A stretch of 64,000 nucleotides of DNA from an uncultured Thermoplasmata archaeon (GTDB lineage: Archaea; Thermoplasmatota; Thermoplasmata; Lutacidiplasmatales; UBA184), in NCBI GenBank assembly GCA_963708255.1, contig CAVPSE010000005.1, positions 182,347 through 246,346 of the forward strand, in the 5' to 3' direction. The notes below the pieces were generated by a model. It saw only the letters and a program-made list of their open reading frames with translations, had not been told where the DNA came from and did not search any database. The position numbers were made by a program, and so were the translations under genes. Shown here in pieces: positions 57,650 through 64,000 of the stretch. How positions within the stretch are numbered: position 1 is the stretch's first letter; each line of letters starts with the position of its first letter.

Positions 57650-59194
57650 ATGCGGCCTCCGGAGCCACGGCTTTGGCAGAACGGGGTCATCCTCGGCCCA
57701 AGCATCGCCGAGGCCCTCTACGCCGAAGAGGGCCGGGTCCTCGCCGTCGGGTCGATCTCCGAGGTGCTCCGCTCGGTCCCGACAGGCGCCGAAAGAGTGG
57801 ACCTCGGAGGCCGCTGCGTCATTCCCGGACTGGTCGACTGCCACCTCCACGTCGCCGCCTCGGTCCGGGCGGAAGCCTCGGTGGACCTCTCGGGGGCCCG
57901 GACCGTGCCCGAGCTGTTGGGGACCATCGAACTGTACCTGGCCCACCACCCGGGCCCCGTTCTCGGCGGAGGGTGGGACCAGGAACGGCTCGAGGAGCGG
58001 CGCATGCCCAGCCGAACCGACCTCGATCGGCTCCCCACCGACCAGCCGGTGATACTCTACCGGCGCTGCGGCCACGTGGCCGTGCTCAACTCGGCCGCCC
58101 TCGACGCCGCCGGGCTCCGGGACGCCACCCCTGATCCGCCGGACGGTACCTTCGGCCGCTCGGAGGGATCGTTGGACGGACGGCTGTTCGATGGCGCCAT
58201 GGCGGTCCTCCCGGCCCTGGAGGACCGATGGTTCCCCCTGGAGCCCCACGCAGTTCGCCGTTGGTTCGAGGAGGAGGCGTCGGTGGGGGTCACGGCCCTC
58301 GGGGCCATGAGCGCCGAACCGGAGGAGCTGAGGAGCCTGGGTGACGCTCTCGGCGTGGGCCTCCCGATCGTGAAGGTGGGCGCGTATCTTCGGGCGTCGT
58401 GGCTGGGGGAGTTCGCGGCCCTGCGCCGGGAACTGGACGGGGCCTCCCTGCGAGTCAACGGAGCGAAGGTGATGTCGGACGGCTCGTTGGGGGCCCGGAC
58501 CGCCTGGCTTTCCGAGCCCTACGAGGACGCGACGGGTACCTCGGGCACCTCCCTCCTCGGGCCCGGAGAGCTCGAACAGGTCCTTCGCGAAGCCGCGAAG
58601 CTCGGCGCTGCCACCGCGATCCATGCGATCGGGGACCGAGCCTTCCGAGGGGTCCTGGACGCGATAGAAAGGGTCCCCGACCGCGGGGTCGTCCGGATCG
58701 AGCATGCCTCCCTGGCCCTCCCCGAGCTGATCGAACGTGCCGCCACACTTCGTCTCCCCATCGCCGTCCAGCCCTCGTTCGTGCCCAGCGACCGATGGAT
58801 CCCCGACCGGCTCGGGGCGAGCCGGGGCCGGTGGGCCTACCCGTTCCAGAGCATGCTCGAGCGAGGGATCCGGTTGGGAGGGTCCAGCGATGCCCCGATC
58901 GAGTCCCGGGACCCGTGGGAAGGGATCGCGGCGGCGATCTCGCCGGAGGCCGGCCGGTCCGAGAACCTCACCGCTCAGCAGGCCTTGGAGCTGTACACGA
59001 GCGGGTCGAGCTATCTGATGGGAGAGGACGGCGGAGGGACCCTCGCCCCGGGGACCCCGGCCGACCTGGTGGTCCTCCGGGCTCCCCGGTGGCCGGAGGC
59101 GGCGCTGCTCGGACGCTCCCAGGTGGAAGCGACGTATCTGGGGGGCGGCGCCACGTTCGTATCGTCGGGCTTCCGAGCCTCGCAGGGGCTATGA
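57650..59194 (+). CDS. Metal-dependent amidohydrolase-family protein (Amidohydro_3 / YtcJ-like)
   Basis: 514-aa uninterrupted ORF. GLVDCHLHV (metal-binding HxH), ...AIHAIGDRA..., ...GSSDAPIE... Confidence 0.75.
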   Translation: MRPPEPRLWQNGVILGPSIAEALYAEEGRVLAVGSISEVLRSVPTGAERVDLGGRCVIPGLVDCHLHVAASVRAEASVDLSGARTVPELLGTIELYLAHHPGPVLGGGWDQERLEERRMPSRTDLDRLPTDQPVILYRRCGHVAVLNSAALDAAGLRDATPDPPDGTFGRSEGSLDGRLFDGAMAVLPALEDRWFPLEPHAVRRWFEEEASVGVTALGAMSAEPEELRSLGDALGVGLPIVKVGAYLRASWLGEFAALRRELDGASLRVNGAKVMSDGSLGARTAWLSEPYEDATGTSGTSLLGPGELEQVLREAAKLGAATAIHAIGDRAFRGVLDAIERVPDRGVVRIEHASLALPELIERAATLRLPIAVQPSFVPSDRWIPDRLGASRGRWAYPFQSMLERGIRLGGSSDAPIESRDPWEGIAAAISPEAGRSENLTAQQALELYTSGSSYLMGEDGGGTLAPGTPADLVVLRAPRWPEAALLGRSQVEATYLGGGATFVSSGFRASQGL

Positions 59195-59216
59195 ACGGCT
59201 GACACTCCCGGGCGCG

Positions 59217-59891
59217 ATGGCCGAGCCGGCACGCGTCCCGACCCAGCGGTCCTTCTCTCCGACGATGCGGGTGGACGCGTTGATCTCCGACTGGCGCGCC
59301 GAGCTCGCCGGCGTCGGCGGGAGCGCCGAGGAACAGGAGAGGGGACTGTTCGCCCGGGCGTTCGACGAGTACCTCGAGGGTGACTACGGGTTCGGGCTCT
59401 GGTGCTGGCACGAGTGCGACCGCCTTACCAACGCGTTCAACGGCAGCGTTCGCGAGGTGACGCGGGTGCTGGGTCCGGGGAAGTACGTCGGGTTCAGCCA
59501 CCGGCGGGCGCTCGCCGAGGCCGTCCCGGTCGACCGGATCTACCGGCCCCGGAAGGGCGACATGAGCACTCCACGGACCGACGCCTTCGTGCTCCCCCAC
59601 TACCAGGTCCTGTGCGTCTACCTGGTCCGGGCCCGGGGCGGCGACCCGAAGGCGAAGGCGCAGCTCGACATCGCGATGGGCGAGCTCGAGGATCGCCGCC
59701 GGGCCGACCCGTTCCTGCGCCATTTCGAGACGTTCCGACGGCTCCTGGAGCGCCCGGCGGCCGGCCCCGATCCCCCCGGGACGGGATCCAGCGCTCCCGC
59801 CCCGACCGCCCCTCCGGACACGGCGCCGGTGCCGGACCCGCCCGCCCCTGCGCGGCCCCCTCGGCGCAAGGCGCCGGCCAAGAACTCATAG
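59217..59891 (+). CDS. Hypothetical protein with Pro-rich C-terminal tail
   Basis: 224-aa ORF with ordinary composition in the first 180 aa (…YGFGLWCWHECDRLTNAFNGSVREVTRVLGPGKYVGFSHRRAL…). No recognisable motif. Confidence 0.4.
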   Translation: MAEPARVPTQRSFSPTMRVDALISDWRAELAGVGGSAEEQERGLFARAFDEYLEGDYGFGLWCWHECDRLTNAFNGSVREVTRVLGPGKYVGFSHRRALAEAVPVDRIYRPRKGDMSTPRTDAFVLPHYQVLCVYLVRARGGDPKAKAQLDIAMGELEDRRRADPFLRHFETFRRLLERPAAGPDPPGTGSSAPAPTAPPDTAPVPDPPAPARPPRRKAPAKNS

Positions 59892-59924
59892 ACCGCCGGT
59901 CGCTCGCCGCCCCACGACTCGCTG

Positions 59925-60753
59925 GCTCGTCCGTTTCGGGTACGATGGGAGCGGCTTCGCCGGCTGGGCCCGCCAGCCGGGGTTCCGAACGGTCGAAGGG
60001 ACACTTCGCGACGGGGTCCGACGAGCCGGGATCGCCGCCGGCCCCGACGCCGGGACCCCTGACGTCGCGAGCCGCACCGACCGGGGCGTGCACGCCCGGG
60101 GCAATGCCGTCGCCCTCACCTCCGAGCTCGCCGGTCCCGCGCTGCTACGGGCCCTCAATGCGATCGCCCCCGACCTGTACTTCACCCATGCTCGCTCGGT
60201 GCCGTCGTCGTTCCGACCCCGACGCGTGGACCGGCGGTGGTATCGGTATTTCGAGCCCTCCGAGGGGCGGTCCATCGCCCGGTGGAGGACCGCCGCCCGG
60301 CTCCTGACGGGCCCGTTGGACGCCCGATCGTTCGGCCGGGGGTTCCCGGCGGGGACCCCCGCGGTCCGAACCGTCGACCGGATCGAGGTCAGCCCCTTTG
60401 GGGACCTCCTCCAGATCGACGTGGAGGCCCGGTCGTTCGTCTGGGGGATGGTCCGCAAGATCGTCTCCGCCCTGCGCGCCTTCGACCGCGGCGAGCTTTC
60501 CGCCGCCGAGCTGACGGACGGGGCAGCCGGCCGACGGCGACTCGCGCTTCCGCTGGCCGAGCCCGACGGGCTCGTCCTATGGGAGGTGGTCTACCCGGAG
60601 CCGTGGGAGTTCACGACGTCCCACGCCTCGGCCAGTCAGACCCGTGCCAGGGCCGCCGCCCGGCGGCGGCTGCAGGTCCGGGGGGCCGTCCTGGACGCCC
60701 TCGAGGGTATCTCCCCGTCGGTCCCGCGTGGGAACCAGGCGGATGGATTATAG
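59925..60753 (+). CDS. truA: tRNA pseudouridine(38-40) synthase
   Basis: ...LVRFGYDGSGFAGWARQPGFRTVEGTLRDGV...ASRTDRGVHARGNAVAL...RRWYRYF... The N-terminal 55 aa are in a different frame from the listed ORF 60088..60753, so the start codon is not cleanly resolved. Confidence 0.65.
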
Positions 60754-60801
60754 ACCACCTCGGGGTGGTTCCCGCCGGACCGGAGGGTCCTCGAACATGA
60801 A

Positions 60802-61609
60802 GTGGAGCACCACCGCACTGAGCCTCGGAGTCATCGTCATGATGCTCGGCGTACCGGCCGCGGCCGCCTCGGCACCGGTCGCCGCGCACGTCGCGCCGTA
60901 CTTCGCCAACCACGGAGGGCCGATCCGCATGAGCAGCAGCTCCTCGACCAACTGGGCCGGGTACGCGGTCACCGGTCCGCGCGCGAGCGTTACGAGCGTG
61001 GTCGGCTCGTGGACCCAGCCCACGGCGACCTGCAGCGGATCCTCCACCCAGTACGCCGCCTTCTGGGTCGGGATCGACGGCTACACCTCCAGCACGGTGG
61101 AACAGACCGGGACCGACTCGGACTGCTCCCACGGTAGCGCGTCCTACTACGCCTGGTTCGAGTTCTACCCCAGCCCGTCCCGCGTGATCAGCACGGTCAC
61201 CGTCCACGCGGGGGACGTGATCTCCGCCCAGGTCACCTTCTCGACGACCACGCACAAGTTCACCGTCAGCCTGAAGGATGTCACCACGGGTAAGTCGTTC
61301 TCCAAGACGGCCGCCGTGACGTCCGCGAAGCGGACCAGCGCCGAGTGGATCGCCGAGGCGCCCTACTCGGGTGGTATCCTACCCCTCGCCGACTTCGGCA
61401 CGATCAACTTCGGTGTCGACAATACCTCGGTATCGGGGACCAACGACGCCACGATCAGCGGCACGACGGGGGACCTCGGCTCCTTCACGACCTCCGTCTC
61501 GATCAACATGATCGGGGTCTCTAACTCGAGCCTGACGAAGGCGTCCACCTCCGCGATCTCCACCGACGGGACCAGCTTCTCCGTCACGTGGCTGGCGGCG
61601 GGCCCCTAG
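60802..61609 (+). CDS. Secreted peptidase G1 (eqolisin / scytalidoglutamic peptidase-like) family protein
   Basis: Signal peptide MKWSTTALSLGVIVMMLGVPAAAASA. STNWAGYAV...AFWVGIDG...VEQTG (catalytic Gln context)...YYAWFEFYP...SAEWIAEAP (catalytic Glu context). Internal Met of ORF 60644..61609. Confidence 0.6.
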
Positions 61610-61767
61610 GCGAGACCCGTCCCCGCGGCGAACCCTTTCCCTTCCCGGGCGGATTCCCCTAGTTCTTCGGTCATCGGCGATGTACGACGCTCGCGAGCGT
61701 CCCACGCGCCCGTCACTGTCGTACCGGCGACGGACCCTTATGAGGCGGGAGCACGGAACGGGTCTCG

Positions 61768-64000
61768 ATGTCGCGCAGCTTCGCCGCGGTGGGGATCGTC
61801 GCCGTGTTCTTGATCATCGTCGCTTTGGCACCCCTGGCGACCGCTCCCGGGACCTCGGCCGGGATGTCCCCCCTCCAGAGCGTGGCCGTTACCCCCGGTC
61901 TCGGACCGATCACGCCGGCAGTCCAGAACTGCACCTGGGGGGGCTCGGCCTCAACTTCGGGGTCGCCGGCCTTGGCAACACCACGCGTGACGTCGGGCTG
62001 GCGCCGGCGATCGTGAACTTCACCGGCGACGCCGTCGGCGGTCCCGGGAACTACACCTATTCCCTCTCCTACGGGGACGGCACGTTCTCGAACGGCTCCT
62101 ATGTCCAGAACGTTACGGCGACCCAGTGGCTCAATTTCAGCCACCTGTACACACTTCCGGCGTCCTACGATCTCAACATCGAGGTCACCGGCACCTGCAC
62201 CTCCGGCAACAGCTCCGGAACCTTCGGGGCCGGCCAGGGGTTCACCATCCTCGTCGGGGGGCCCGGCGGCTACACACCGGTCACCCTCACCGCGAACGTC
62301 ACGAACGGGACCGTCCCCCTTTCCACCCACCTTCAGGTCGCTATCAATGACAGTCCCGCCAACGCGACGATCCTCTGGACGATCACGAACAACTACGCCC
62401 TCAGCCTGCTGACGTTCACGAACCAAACGAGCCTGAACCTCACCCTGCGCCAGCCCGGGCTCTACTTTCCGTCGGTCAGCGTGATCTACCCGAACTCGAA
62501 CATCGTGTTCGGGATCGGGTACCTGCCCAGCGCCTACATCCTGGTCCAGCCGCTGGTCGATATCGCGATCTCCCAGTCCGCGCCGGTCTCGAACACCTCG
62601 GCGACGACGATCACGTTCTTCGCGAACGCGACCAACCTGACCGGCGGTCCGTACACGGGACCTGGGAACCTCAACTGGAGCTTCCCGAACCCCGGGGGTT
62701 ACTCGAACCTCACCCCGATCGTGGTCCGAACCGGCCCGACCACGGGCTCCGAGGTCACGGAGACGTTCACCGTCGGCTTCCCCGGGCTCAACGCATGGTT
62801 GGGGACCTATGCGACCGCGGCGTTCGTCGACCCCTCGAACACGACCCTCGGGTTGAACTACACCTACTTCACCCTCATCTTCGGGAACTCGACGGGGGGA
62901 GGGACGGGGTTCGGGCTCACCGCCACCGCGAGCCCGTCCGTGGGGGTGGCTCCGTTCGCGACCAACATCACCCTTACATCGAGCCCGAACCCGCTCCCGC
63001 CGCTACCGCCCCCGGTGAACCTGACCGCGGGCTACGAACTGGATCTCTGCATCGCACCCTCGTCCCTGGGCTGGAACAGCACCTGCCCCACGTTCTCGGA
63101 TACGATCGCCAACTGGACCGGCGGTCCCACCGTGGTGCCGGTCACCGGCCTTCCCGCCGGGACCTACCTCGTGGTGGCGAACCTCTGGCAGAGCGGCCCC
63201 AACGGGAGCCGCGTCTTCCTCGCGGCGGGAAACACGACGCTCTCGGTCGGCGTGGGCGGATCGGGGGCGACCCCCTTGACGGCGGTCGCGGCCGGCTCAC
63301 CCCTGAGCGGGACGGCCCCGCTCAGCACGTCGCTGGGCGTCGCAGCGGCCGGGGGAGCGGCGCCGTACGACCTCTCGGTATGCACGGAGGGCCCGCTCTC
63401 GGCTCCGACGGGATCCGCGCCGTGCCACCCCGTGTCGGCGCTCACGGGATGGAACGGATCGTCCGCGTCCATCCCCCTTACCCTCACCGCGTCAGGGTAC
63501 TGACGACGCGGTCGCGACCGTGACCGACTCCGGGAGCAACAGCACCACGGTGTCGGTGACGTTCAACGTGACGGCCACCGCGAACGCGAGCCCGCTCCAG
63601 GTCCACGCCTCCAGTTCGCCGTCCACGCTCGCTCCCGGCTCGTACTCGTTCACCGCCACGATCCAGGGCGGCGTGGCCCCGTACCGACATCCAGTGGGCG
63701 TTCGGGGATGGGACGTACGGCGCCAGCACGTCCGGCGGTACCGTGACGCACGTCTACCAGGCGAGCGGCAGCTACACCGCTACCCTCACGGTGACCGACT
63801 CCCGGGGCGCCGTCCAGACCTCGAGCGTGGGTCCCCTGGTCGTGGTGCTGCCCGCCTCCTCCGGCACGTCGCTCCTCTCCGGAGCTTCGTTGGGGATCAC
63901 CGCCGCCTCGGTGGCGGTCATCCTCGCCTCGCTGGTCGCGATCGCGTACATGGCGCGGACCGCGGCCGAACGGCGACGCACCGACGCGTGGCTCCGGTCC
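61768..64000 (+). CDS. Large N-glycosylation-rich surface protein with PKD domain and C-terminal TM anchor; frame changes near 61930, 63500 and 63680; continues to the window end
   Basis: Signal peptide MSRSFAAVGIVAVFLIIVALAPLATAPG (ORF 61768..62016). The body 61680..63503 is dense in NxT/NxS sites. After 63503 another frame gives ...WAFGDGTYGASTSGGTVTHVYQASGSYTATLTVTDSRGA (PKD) and LGITAASVAVILASLVAIAYMARTAAERRR (TM anchor plus basic tail). Confidence 0.55.

Overview
This is a 64-kb, very GC-rich window that looks archaeal, with many secreted and N-glycosylated surface proteins. The archaeal call rests on TATA-box/leaderless promoters, fused AbrB-PhoU regulators, a DhnA-type class I aldolase, a HerA-like ATPase, and a class II tRNA-Leu with no encoded CCA. 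Many conserved genes (glnA, kdpA, ABC transporters, P-type ATPase, SoxA/SoxB, HerA) are split by single-base frame changes, several of them inside G/C runs. I therefore read most interruptions as assembly indels, not as pseudogenes.

Gene content, left to right:
- A partial giant surface protein running off the left edge.
- An AlkA-like DNA glycosylase.
- Two tandem paralogs of a Cys-rich vWA-like secreted protein, one frameshifted.
- A minus-strand operon of a small protein, a HerA/FtsK-like ATPase and the 2H phosphoesterase ThpR.
- An HxlR regulator, a GNAT, an MFS transporter, glycerate kinase and a SoxA/SoxB-like flavoenzyme pair.
- Two divergent AbrB-PhoU regulators flanking an Fe-ADH, a Fur-like fragment and a thioredoxin-like protein.
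- A PadR-ABC2 export module.
- A roughly 960-aa Gly-rich GGAI/FxxN beta-helix surface protein with a TATA box.
- A lactonase propeller.

From about 34.8 to 54.6 kb there is an accretion-type island next to an intact tRNA-Leu(CAG). Seven degenerate direct copies of the tRNA 3' end plus trailer (att-like) separate cargo modules: DtxR plus a TroABC-like metal importer; a ClC channel with a P-type ATPase; a tandem esterase; small wH proteins; RelE-like TA modules; and kdpABC. Two roughly 190-bp conserved noncoding direct repeats bracket the region.

The right flank carries FBP aldolase, Lrp with a divergent glnA, an amidohydrolase, truA, a G1 (eqolisin) peptidase and a PKD-domain surface protein.

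The most interesting items are the tRNA-linked integration hotspot, the bracketing long repeats, the HerA-like/ThpR operon, and the duplicated and repeat-rich surface-protein genes.
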